IMG/VR virus record: IMGVR_UViG_3300031455_000002
Direction: 5' to 3' (one strand)
DNA length: 27,252 nt
Source of the DNA: an uncultured virus (IMG/VR IMGVR_UViG_3300031455_000002)
Taxonomy: Duplodnaviria > Heunggongvirae > Uroviricota > Caudoviricetes
Part shown: piece by piece, positions 16,098 through 23,363 of the stretch
How the letters are laid out: each line of letters begins with the position of its first letter
How positions within the stretch are numbered: the first letter of the stretch is position 1
The notes under the pieces: model-generated
Databases searched by the model: none
What the model saw: the letters and a program-made list of their open reading frames with translations, nothing else
Told to the model about the DNA's origin: nothing
Made by a program: the position numbers and the translations under genes

Positions 16098-16753
16098 CGT
16101 GGACGCCTTCGTAGAGGCTTCTCGTTCCAGGTGAGCCCATCAAGCTTCCAGAGCTTCAGTTCGCCAGTGATGAACGAATCGTACTCATCGACCCATTCGT
16201 CCCCGGTTATGACGATCACATCTCCTTTGCGCTTAGCGGTCATCCCAGCATCCTTTAGTGCGGCGAACGCAGCGGCCAATTGCTCTGGAGCGAAGTACGG
16301 GATCCCGTAGCCGTTCCACGTCTCACCGAAACTCCACCCGACTACTTCGGGGCCGCCGTCGAACCAGAACTTGGCGAGGCGTGCATTGCTGCGGCGAGGT
16401 GGAAGTATTTTTGATTCACGTACACTACCCCCGGCCCCATCCATGATGGCCCGCTCGAGCTCCGACATGCTCATCGCGAGCACCTCGGACACGGAGTCGA
16501 AGTCAGCCTGATCGACCATCTCCCACTCGTCGCCCTCGAGCTTATAGATCCCCACCGCCACCTCGTCGTCGAGACTCTTCGGGGCACTATCGTGCTCGAG
16601 GGAGGTCATCACGAAGAGCTTCCCTCGCGTGCCACGCACGGCGGCGTGCGCGCTGATCTCGTCGTTCCATCCGACGCTCCATCCGGGGATCTCGAGCCTG
16701 TCTTCGTCGTAGTCGGGGTTGGTGCGGACGACGTGACGTCTGTGTGTAGCCAT
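16094..16753 (-). CDS. Hypothetical phage protein
   Basis: 219 aa, AGGA SD, acidic globular sequence with GETWNGYGIPYF. Confidence 0.7.
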   Translation of the reverse strand: MATHRRHVVRTNPDYDEDRLEIPGWSVGWNDEISAHAAVRGTRGKLFVMTSLEHDSAPKSLDDEVAVGIYKLEGDEWEMVDQADFDSVSEVLAMSMSELERAIMDGAGGSVRESKILPPRRSNARLAKFWFDGGPEVVGWSFGETWNGYGIPYFAPEQLAAAFAALKDAGMTAKRKGDVIVITGDEWVDEYDSFITGELKLWKLDGLTWNEKPLRRRPR

Positions 16754-16763
16754 GATGCGGATC

Positions 16764-17921
16764 CTACTCCTTCAACCGGACCCCGATCAACGGCGCCACC
16801 GCCCGGATGAAAACAGCGGCTTGTTGCGGCACGATAGCGTTGCCGAGCCCCCGGAGGACACCTACCCGCGAGGGGCGCAGTCGAGCCATTCCTCGGGGTA
16901 GCCCATCAACCAGAGGGTATGCGCCGGGTTTAGCTGGGCGGGCTTTGCCGTCTCGGCAGAGCCACCATTCGGCGTCGCTCCAGAATCCAGAAGTAGCGCC
17001 TGGCGCGGGAGCGGCCGACCCTTCGAGCCGTATTGCTCCGAATCGCTCTTCTGGCCCCGGTCCGAGCGGTGATCGCGCGCCGCCGGAGTCGCCCATGAGG
17101 CGAGCTGCGCCTGCAAGTTCAGGCTCGTGAGCGAGACTCCGAGACTCGATCCCTTCGCGTTCGATTTTCGTTTTCGCTCGAGGAACTGCTCCGGGGTTCC
17201 CCCGGCTTCGCGGGCTGCTGGGGTTGCCCAGCTCGCGAGCTGCGCCGATTGCACTTTCAAACTTAACGCTTCGTACCCGTCGTTGCTGTTGCGTTGAGAT
17301 CGCTCTTCTGCTCTTGGTGTCGGCCAACTCGCGAGCCTTGCCGCCCCGATCGGTGTGAGACTTTTCTGACTGTGGTTGCCTCGAGCGTACGTGTACCCGT
17401 TCCCGGACGCCGCTGTGTTCGGCGTAGGCCACGAAGTACAACCGTTGCCTGATATGCGCCGTCCCAACGCCCGCAGCGCAGGTATCAGCCGCCCAGACGG
17501 CGTAACCCGATAGCTCCAGGTCAGAGTAAACAAGGTCGAGCCACCGGAGGCCATCATCGCTCGCAACCTGCTCGCCGAAGATAACCCGAGGAGTGCACTC
17601 CTGGATGAGCTCAAACCAGGCTGGCCAGAGGTGTCGCTCATCTTCTTCGCCTTTGCCTTTGCCGGCTTGAGACCACGGCTGGCACGGACAACTCCCTGAC
17701 CAGACTTCTTCGTCGTCCGGCCACCCCGCGAGCCGGAGCGCGCGCGACCACCCGCCGATCCCAGCGAAGAAGTGGGCTTGCTGGTAACCCTCGAGGTCTT
17801 TCGGCTTGAGGTCGACGATGCTGCGTGTTTCAACGCGGCCCGGAACGATGAGATTTTGGCTTGAGAGATTCCCGAGCCACTCGGCCGCGTACGGATCGAT
17901 TTCATTGTAGAAAGCCTTCAT
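16764..17921 (-). CDS. C5 DNA cytosine methyltransferase, large polypeptide
   Basis: YNEIDP, HFFAGIGG (I), GSCPCQPWS (IV), GEQV (VI), HIRQRLYFV (VIII), LRGLGNAIVP (X); no recognisable motif IX in this frame. Confidence 0.92.
   Translation of the reverse strand: MKAFYNEIDPYAAEWLGNLSSQNLIVPGRVETRSIVDLKPKDLEGYQQAHFFAGIGGWSRALRLAGWPDDEEVWSGSCPCQPWSQAGKGKGEEDERHLWPAWFELIQECTPRVIFGEQVASDDGLRWLDLVYSDLELSGYAVWAADTCAAGVGTAHIRQRLYFVAYAEHSGVRERVHVRSRQPQSEKSHTDRGGKARELADTKSRRAISTQQQRRVRSVKFESAIGAARELGNPSSPRSRGNPGAVPRAKTKIEREGIESRSLAHEPELAGAARLMGDSGGARSPLGPGPEERFGAIRLEGSAAPAPGATSGFWSDAEWWLCRDGKARPAKPGAYPLVDGLPRGMARLRPSRVGVLRGLGNAIVPQQAAVFIRAVAPLIGVRLKE
16862..17641 (-). CDS. Overlapping-frame second polypeptide of the methyltransferase (TRD-like repeats and motif IX)
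   Basis: Four SW(P/A)TP modules and QLNPAHTLWLMGYPEEW; frame open 17905-16862, ATG 17641 is a plausible start. Confidence 0.7.
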   Translation of the reverse strand: MSDTSGQPGLSSSRSALLGLSSASRLRAMMASGGSTLFTLTWSYRVTPSGRLIPALRALGRRISGNGCTSWPTPNTAASGNGYTYARGNHSQKSLTPIGAARLASWPTPRAEERSQRNSNDGYEALSLKVQSAQLASWATPAAREAGGTPEQFLERKRKSNAKGSSLGVSLTSLNLQAQLASWATPAARDHRSDRGQKSDSEQYGSKGRPLPRQALLLDSGATPNGGSAETAKPAQLNPAHTLWLMGYPEEWLDCAPRG

Positions 17922-17962
17922 TGGCCGGGCTCATTCGTGGTCTTTAGGTTCGCCCCCGGCGC

Positions 17963-18172
17963 TCACGCCGACGCCCCACTTCGAAGCGCCTTACGCACCC
18001 GCCTGTGCGCGATCCGCGCCATCGCGGCGAAGTCGTCTTCGCTGATCCCATTGGGCACTGCGTAGTCAGCCAACGCGATGGCGGCGATGAGCAAGGACAA
18101 CGCACGCTGCGTGTCGGGTTCATCGGCGTGCCGGTTGACGCAATCGGTGATCTCGGTCTCGAATCGGTTCAT
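17963..18172 (-). CDS. Hypothetical protein
   Basis: MNRFETEI..., AGGAG SD, ATGA overlap. Confidence 0.6.
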   Translation of the reverse strand: MNRFETEITDCVNRHADEPDTQRALSLLIAAIALADYAVPNGISEDDFAAMARIAHRRVRKALRSGASA

Positions 18173-18495
18173 CGAAATTCTCCTTGGCGGGTGCGCCGCC
18201 CCCACGGTTTCATCTTCGGTTTCCCTGCTGCCAACTGCGCGCGTCGTGCGTTCCGACATGCACGGCAGCTCCAGTGATGCCCGTCAGGCGCCCGAGCTTC
18301 TCGGTTGAACGCCGTCAACGGGAATCGATCGTAACATATGCGGCACAGCTTGAGGCGATCCGGTGATGGCGCCACACGTGGGATGCGCGTGCGTTCGCCG
18401 AACCGGTTACCCGGTTGGAAGCGGGTGCGAAGCCCGAAGCGGTGACCCTTCTCGAACGCCATTTGCCTCACAGCGTCATCGGGTAGCCGCCGCAC
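18169..18495 (-). CDS. Hypothetical protein with Zn-finger-like motif
   Basis: KLCRIC...F...DGHHWSCRAC. Confidence 0.6.
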   Translation of the reverse strand: MRRLPDDAVRQMAFEKGHRFGLRTRFQPGNRFGERTRIPRVAPSPDRLKLCRICYDRFPLTAFNREARAPDGHHWSCRACRNARRAQLAAGKPKMKPWGRRTRQGEFR

Positions 18496-18728
18496 TTCAA
18501 CGAATCCTCAGGGGTGTTTAACACCCACTGTAGAAAGCACGACTTCGAACAGAAGATGAGTCTGAGGCGGCGGCCTAGCTCGATCGAGATGGGTTTAATC
18601 GTCATTGCGTCGAGATCCTTCTCGCTTGGGCCGAGCAACCTGAACCCGTCCGTCCGGTACAGGACGACTTTGCACCGATCGCAACGTACGTGCTCCACGC
18701 TACGGCTCCTCGACGACCATCGGCTCAA
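18468..18728 (-). CDS. Hypothetical protein (CxxC / FCSxxC)
   Basis: CDRC...FCSKSC; start uncertain. Confidence 0.5.
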   Translation of the reverse strand: MSRWSSRSRSVEHVRCDRCKVVLYRTDGFRLLGPSEKDLDAMTIKPISIELGRRLRLIFCSKSCFLQWVLNTPEDSLKCGGYPMTL

Positions 18729-18903
18729 AGTATTCCGGCAGCACCCACCGAAGCTTCTCCTCGAGCCGATGCCGAGCGAGCCCGAACAGATCCACGTAGA
18801 CGCGGATCGTGCCTCCTGCCGAGAAACGTGCTCGGCAGGAGGTAGCGCCCGCAGCTTGGACGGCTTGGATGAGTGCGACCATGATGGGGTCTTGGGACAT
18901 CAT
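18700..18903 (-). CDS. Hypothetical protein
   Basis: 67-aa ORF within the co-oriented gene string. Confidence 0.5.
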   Translation of the reverse strand: MMSQDPIMVALIQAVQAAGATSCRARFSAGGTIRVYVDLFGLARHRLEEKLRWVLPEYFEPMVVEEP

Positions 18904-18906
18904 TGG

Positions 18907-19084
18907 TCAGACCGCGTTGGCCATGATGGCGATTCCTGCCGTTGTCCAGCCGTACGCGCCCCAGCACAGAATCGACACAATGCGCACGAGCCAACCTCGG
19001 TCGCTTTTCACGGCGAGTAGATAGTTGCCGAACGTTTGTGAGGAAGGCGGCGAAACCGATGACTTCGGTGAGGAGGGGGTTCAT
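18907..19084 (-). pseudogene. Small membrane protein with an apparent frameshift near 19030
   Basis: MNPLLTEVIGFAAFLTNV continues hydrophobically only after a frame change: GNYLLAVKSDRGWLVRIVSILCWGAYGWTTAGIAIMANAV*. Confidence 0.55.
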
Positions 19085-19296
19085 TCTGACTCCAGGTACC
19101 GGGTCAGCTCATCACGGAGCTCCGCAATCGTTTCTCTGGTTAGCCCCAGCACGTGTTCCTTGTCACATTCTCCGCACGTTAGATTGTGTTCGTTTCGTCC
19201 TGTGACAGCGAGATACAGACCATCGAAAGCGTCGGCCTCGTAGACACGGAGTACGTTGTTCGGGTGACCGGTGTCGATTGTTGCGCGCTCGATCAT
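19081..19296 (-). CDS. Hypothetical protein
   Basis: ATG 19296 with GGAGGAG SD and ATGA overlaps. Confidence 0.65.
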   Translation of the reverse strand: MIERATIDTGHPNNVLRVYEADAFDGLYLAVTGRNEHNLTCGECDKEHVLGLTRETIAELRDELTRYLESE

Positions 19297-19565
19297 TTCT
19301 CCTCCAGTCGACGGACGACGGGAGCCCACGGTAGATCGGTGCCGACATTTACGTGCCCGTCGCAAAGAAGCGATCCTGCCTCGTTGTCGCGCGTGGCGGT
19401 ATTAGGGCAACCGACGTGGCCGCACCTCGGCAATGTCTCCACCAACTCGTCGAGGCGGTCGGCAGCATCGAGCAACTCCGCCACATGCTCGTATGCCAGC
19501 CCAGCAGCCGCGGGACCGTAGTCGGCGAGTAACCGTCGCAGCTTGTCGCGCTCTTCCTTCGTCAC
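19293..19565 (-). CDS. Hypothetical protein
   Basis: GGAGG SD, GTGA overlap, CGHVGC...LCDGH. Confidence 0.6.
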   Translation of the reverse strand: MTKEERDKLRRLLADYGPAAAGLAYEHVAELLDAADRLDELVETLPRCGHVGCPNTATRDNEAGSLLCDGHVNVGTDLPWAPVVRRLEEK

Positions 19566-19747
19566 GCCCGCCTCCCACCCACCGGCGTCCGATCCGCCTT
19601 CCTCAGTTTCGCCAGGCGAGCCGTCTCGTCCCGGTACTCACTCACCAGCGGGCCGAGCTTGCGGCGAGCGGACTCGTCGCAACCGACGACGTAGCCGATG
19701 AACAGCGCCAACGGGATGACAATCAGCAGGGTAATTGTGATCACCAC
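19562..19747 (-). CDS. Small protein with N-terminal transmembrane helix
   Basis: ITITLLIVIPLALFIGYVVG. Confidence 0.6.
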   Translation of the reverse strand: MVITITLLIVIPLALFIGYVVGCDESARRKLGPLVSEYRDETARLAKLRKADRTPVGGRRA

Positions 19748-19944
19748 AGATCGTAATCGCTCACGTCGAGCGCCTCCTTGGTGACCGCGTCTTTGATCTT
19801 CACCACGATCCCTACTCCGGTTGGAGTGAACTCGTACGTGTACCTCCCGCCGATTGCGGTGAGTTTCGATGGTTTGTCAACCTCTTGCCAGTGGATCCAG
19901 TCACGGATCTTCTCGTCTTGCTCGGGTGTTGTTGTGAAGGTCAT
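19741..19944 (-). CDS. Small hypothetical phage protein
   Basis: AIGGRYTYEFTPTGVGIVVKIKD...DVSDYDLW. Confidence 0.7.
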   Translation of the reverse strand: MTFTTTPEQDEKIRDWIHWQEVDKPSKLTAIGGRYTYEFTPTGVGIVVKIKDAVTKEALDVSDYDLW

Positions 19945-20016
19945 TGTCGTCTCGCAGAAAAATTGCGCGACCCACCCGAGGAGGGAACACCCGGATGGGT
20001 CGCGACTTGTCTTGTG

Positions 20017-20430
20017 TCAGCACGGCGCCACATCTTTCGGCGCCGGCATCGTGTCGCGCTTGAGTACGTTCTGATGGATCCATTCCTCGAGCTCGATAGC
20101 AGCTTCGTCGAAATTCATCCCGGTCAGGTCGAGCACCGGGACACCGTGCTGGATCCCGTGATCCGCTTCCATCTTCATCCCGGAGGACACGACTGGCCCA
20201 ACGAGGATCGTGACGTCACACCGCTCGACCTGCGCGCAATCACACGCCAGTCCACGAGCTCGGTTCTCGGGAGTCTCCTCGAGAACCCCTGTCATGACGA
20301 TCCACGAGCAGACCGGCGAGACGCCTTGGACACAGAGCCAAGCTGCCCACTGAGCGGCCTTGCGGCGGTTCTCTTCGATGCCCTCGCGCGTGGGGGCAGA
20401 GAGCTGGTGGGCGATATAGGCGACAATCAT
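20017..20430 (-). CDS. NDT-fold protein (DUF4406/DUF1937-like)
   Basis: VAYIAHQLSAP...EENRRKA...DCAQVERCD...SSGMKME. Confidence 0.65.
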   Translation of the reverse strand: MIVAYIAHQLSAPTREGIEENRRKAAQWAAWLCVQGVSPVCSWIVMTGVLEETPENRARGLACDCAQVERCDVTILVGPVVSSGMKMEADHGIQHGVPVLDLTGMNFDEAAIELEEWIHQNVLKRDTMPAPKDVAPC

Positions 20431-20435
20431 CTTTT

Positions 20436-20774
20436 TTACTCACGATCTTTTGGGTTGCCTCGTGTGACGTGCACGTTGACGCCTTCGTCCTCAGCGAGGG
20501 TGACGAGTGAACCTAACATCATCTTCTCACGCTCGGGCTGTATCGCTTCGATGAAACGTTTGCGTTTATCTTGGGGCCACATCATGCTTGGGCGGCAGCA
20601 CGAAAAATCAGGACAACACTCGTGCCGCGTGTTCGGGCACACGGCGTCGCCAGATACCCACCGAGTGAGTTGCTCCTCAGGGGTAGGAGCCCCGTCGGGC
20701 ACCCATGTGGCCTGACAACGTGCGTCGTAGCACGAGCGATTGCCGCCAGGATGACGGGGGCACCCAACAATCAT
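20436..20774 (-). CDS. Hypothetical Cys-rich protein
   Basis: QLTRWVSGDAVCPNTRHECCPDFSCCRP; ATG 20774 overlaps upstream stop. Confidence 0.6.
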   Translation of the reverse strand: MIVGCPRHPGGNRSCYDARCQATWVPDGAPTPEEQLTRWVSGDAVCPNTRHECCPDFSCCRPSMMWPQDKRKRFIEAIQPEREKMMLGSLVTLAEDEGVNVHVTRGNPKDRE

Positions 20775-21052
20775 CGGACGAATTCCTTCCGAACCGTATG
20801 TTCTCCCCCTGGGCAGTCTCTGTGGTGCCAACTAGCACCGCACCCCGAGAAGTATCGCGCGTCGTGGTCGGCGGCGCCCGCATCCAAGTAGCGAAGCCTA
20901 TCTCGAGCTACCCCGTCCGGGCAGACGATAACGTACTCGACCCCGAGGAACCGATCGAGCGCGCGTTTCAATGCCTTGATTATTTTTGTGCCTTCGTTGC
21001 ATGACGTGGGTTGGCTGAGTTCGCGTTCCACTCCATTTCCTTGGTGGGCCAC
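20771..21052 (-). CDS. Hypothetical protein (start uncertain)
   Basis: VIVCPDG...DCPGGEHTV; stop coupled to the next gene. Confidence 0.45.
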   Translation of the reverse strand: MAHQGNGVERELSQPTSCNEGTKIIKALKRALDRFLGVEYVIVCPDGVARDRLRYLDAGAADHDARYFSGCGASWHHRDCPGGEHTVRKEFVR

Positions 21053-21249
21053 ACACCCCCGAGTTTTGGCAGACGGAGCGCCCAGCAGTCACGGCATTTC
21101 TCGACGCAATCGTACGGCGGAGAACCGACGTCTACGAACATCGTACGTGTATGCTTGCATCCGCGCATTCGTTTGTTCGCAGCGTAGTATTCTCGGTCCC
21201 ACTTCCAGAACCAGAAAGCGGCGTACATCTGACGGAGTGACTTGATCAT
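20980..21249 (-). CDS. Hypothetical protein
   Basis: ATG 21249 overlaps upstream stop; CKH...CRDCW. Confidence 0.5.
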   Translation of the reverse strand: MIKSLRQMYAAFWFWKWDREYYAANKRMRGCKHTRTMFVDVGSPPYDCVEKCRDCWALRLPKLGGVWPTKEMEWNANSANPRHATKAQK

Positions 21250-21515
21250 GTCCATGTTCCAAGTCCGACCAGTTTCGTCGCCACCTTGCCCCACGTCATG
21301 GGCGCCAGGCCGGCGCGGTACGCCAGCTCCGCCTTGATCTTCTTGACGGCCTCTTCGAAGGTCGGCGCGGTCGCCTCGAGTAACGTCACGTTGATGTACT
21401 TGCGGGGGTCCGTTGTCAGCGACGACCCGGGCTCGGAGTAGAAACCGGTGTCGACGCAGTGAAGGTTCTCGTCGAGACGGAGGACTAGGTAGGCGGTGCG
21501 GGGCATCGTGCTCAT
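21246..21515 (-). CDS. Hypothetical protein
   Basis: 89 aa, GGAG SD, ATGA overlaps at both ends. Confidence 0.6.
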   Translation of the reverse strand: MSTMPRTAYLVLRLDENLHCVDTGFYSEPGSSLTTDPRKYINVTLLEATAPTFEEAVKKIKAELAYRAGLAPMTWGKVATKLVGLGTWT

Positions 21516-21856
21516 TTGTCGAACTCCAAACGCTCACGCCTCTTCCGTTTCTCTACGCCATGGAGATTCCCAACGGTGTTCAGCGCGTGCTCCCATCGCT
21601 CGAGCCCTTTGCCTTTTACTCCGTGTTTGTAGGGAGGCACATCATCGAGCGCTCTCTGGACGGCTTCCTTTGCCTCGCGCCGCGCGCGCTCCATCAACTG
21701 CTCGAGTATCATCTGAGCCAACCGCCCCGGCACCGCCCCGTTCTCCCACCGGCTCACGCTCACGAACGAGACGCCCAACCGTTGCGCGAATGTTTCCTGC
21801 GTCAGACCGAGCCGTTTGCGCAGAGAGAGGACCCTGGAGGCCCACGTTTTCTTCAT
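21512..21856 (-). CDS. XRE-family HTH transcriptional regulator
   Basis: LRKRLGLTQETFAQRLGVSFVSVSRWENG. Confidence 0.88.
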   Translation of the reverse strand: MKKTWASRVLSLRKRLGLTQETFAQRLGVSFVSVSRWENGAVPGRLAQMILEQLMERARREAKEAVQRALDDVPPYKHGVKGKGLERWEHALNTVGNLHGVEKRKRRERLEFDK

Positions 21857-21866
21857 AAACAGTGAC

Positions 21867-22223
21867 TTAACATTCTACGCGAGCGGCGTCAACTGGGCAA
21901 CGATGGGCCGGCGAACGCGCGCCGCATGCGGGACATCCCGACGGAGTGTGTCGTCGTTCCCGCATGGGTTTCTGCGGCTTGACAGGAGCGACCAAGACGG
22001 CCGGACCGGCGACCGCCGGGCACCGATGCGTGATCCCCCTCGAGCCGTACGCTAGGCACACCTGGAGCCCCGAGCGGGCGTGGGCCTGGGCATACTCGAG
22101 CCACCCACGAGGCGGCGGGTCATAGAGACGGATAGGTCGCCGTAGACGCGGAGGGAGCGTCTGGGCGGCGTCAACAAACAGTTCGAGGATCCCTTGGTGA
22201 AGATCGATCGCTGAGTAAGGCAC
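21867..22223 (-). CDS. Hypothetical protein
   Basis: 118 aa, DLHQGILELFVDAAQ, CPACG...HRC; lies just after a minus-strand promoter. Confidence 0.45.
   Translation of the reverse strand: MPYSAIDLHQGILELFVDAAQTLPPRLRRPIRLYDPPPRGWLEYAQAHARSGLQVCLAYGSRGITHRCPAVAGPAVLVAPVKPQKPMRERRHTPSGCPACGARSPAHRCPVDAARVEC
21872..21900 (-). promoter_or_regulatory. Putative sigma70 promoter of the XRE gene
   Basis: TTGCCC-17 bp-TAGAAT, ending 15 bp before the ATG at 21856. Confidence 0.5.
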
Positions 22224-22233
22224 GGGGACGAGA

Positions 22234-22296
22234 AATCTAACGGAAGAACAGCTATTTCGTCAAGGGTTGACGTACGACGCCGTATGACGTTACGGT
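22234..22296. promoter_or_regulatory. Back-to-back divergent promoters
   Basis: Palindrome CGTCAAgggTTGACG (22258-22272) supplies both -35 boxes; minus TTGACG-18-TAGATT, plus TTGACG-18-TACGGT. Confidence 0.55.
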
Positions 22297-22304
22297 TCCC
22301 GCTC

Positions 22305-22484
22305 ATGAGACTTCTCAGCGTGCGCCTTCCTCCTGATCTTCTCAAGGAGATCGAGAAGGAACGTGTTCGAACGAGTCGCGTCGCTGGCGCTGACGTTAAC
22401 CTGAGCACTCTGGTTCGAGGAATGCTCGAGAGCGATTTGCGTCGGCGGAAGAAGCCGGCACCGAGACGGGCAACGAAGGAGTAG
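22305..22484 (+). CDS. Ribbon-helix-helix-like DNA-binding protein
   Basis: MRLLSVRLPPDLLKEIE...VNLSTLVRGMLE. Confidence 0.7.
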   Translation: MRLLSVRLPPDLLKEIEKERVRTSRVAGADVNLSTLVRGMLESDLRRRKKPAPRRATKE

Positions 22485-22487
22485 AAA

Positions 22488-22640
22488 ATGGCTCAAAGAA
22501 AAAAGACACCTGTGGTTGCCTGCGGCATCTGCGGAGAGAATGGACACACCAGCTCCGGCCACGAGTACCAGAACAGGGGGATCTACTCCGGGGTACGCCC
22601 GAAGAAGAACATCCTCGGAAAGAGAAGGAAGAAGAAATGA
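22488..22640 (+). CDS. 50-aa basic protein with Zn-knuckle-like motif
   Basis: Manual translation MAQRKKTPVVACGICGENGHTSSGHEY...KRRKKK*; AAGGAG SD. Confidence 0.6.
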   Translation: MAQRKKTPVVACGICGENGHTSSGHEYQNRGIYSGVRPKKNILGKRRKKK

Positions 22641-22796
22641 AGGTTCGGATCTGGCCGGTGAACGGGCGCGTCGTGTACATCGACGACAGCGGCGAGCTCC
22701 GGCGCGTCATGTCGGCACCAGGAACAGTTCTACCGATCTTCAGTTGCTTGCTACTCGAGCTGCTATCGACGGGCTCGTGGACATGAAGGTGCTTCT

Positions 22797-23060
22797 GTGA
22801 ATCCGCGCGATACGGCACGGAAGCTCGTTGAGCTTGCGGCGGATGAACGGACTCCGGAGAAGGAGAGAGCTGCCGCAGCGATCAAGGCCATCGAATTTAT
22901 CCGTGAGCACGATCTTCTTGAGATTCCCAGCAAGAACGAAGCAACCAGAAAAATTCAAGATGTGTTGAGCGATCCGGATGTGACTGAAGCTTTCAAGGCA
23001 GTCGGATGGAAAATATGGGAGGTCGCAACAGCTCCCAAACCACGGCGACGTCGCCGCTAG
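22797..23060 (+). CDS. Hypothetical protein, DUF2786-like N-terminus
   Basis: ARKLVELAADERTPEKERAAAAIKAIEFIREHDL. Confidence 0.55.
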   Translation: MNPRDTARKLVELAADERTPEKERAAAAIKAIEFIREHDLLEIPSKNEATRKIQDVLSDPDVTEAFKAVGWKIWEVATAPKPRRRRR

Positions 23061-23073
23061 ATCGGCGCCGTGC

Positions 23074-23254
23074 GTCGAAGGAACGAAGCCCCTCCGCAGG
23101 CTCTGACAGGCTGCGGGTTTCGTGGCGACAGGTGGGGTATCGCCGCGTCGAAGGTACGAAGCCCCTCCGCAGGCTCTGACAGACCGCCGGCAAGCGCCGG
23201 GAGAGCGGCGGGCAGGACGTCGAAGGTACGAAGCCCCTCCGCAGGCTCTGACAG
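23074..23254 (-). CRISPR. Mini CRISPR array: three 36-bp repeats, two spacers (36 and 37 bp)
   Basis: Repeat CTGTCAGAGCCTGCGGAGGGGCTTCGTACCTTCGAC (minus strand) at 23219-23254, 23147-23182 and 23074-23109 (one mismatch, distal copy); unique spacers; one more base is shared, so a 37-bp repeat is possible. Confidence 0.93.
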
Positions 23255-23363
23255 AGGCCCCGAGCGCCCCCAATGATTTCGATACCTTACATGACTGTTT
23301 GCGAGCGGTCCCATTTCCGGCGCTTCTCATCTCTACTCCGCGGCCTCCGGGGAAGCCAGATCA
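23255..23363 (-). promoter_or_regulatory. CRISPR leader-like region
   Basis: 109-bp gap between effector stop and first repeat, with an AT-richer core CGCTCGCAAACAGTCATGTAAGGTATCGAAATCATT. Confidence 0.55.

Noticed and set aside
22637..22800. Possible frameshifted gene (MKVRIWPVNG... joined to ...AAIDGLVDMKVLL)
   Set aside because: Coupling at both ends is suggestive, but no recognisable motif fixes the frame
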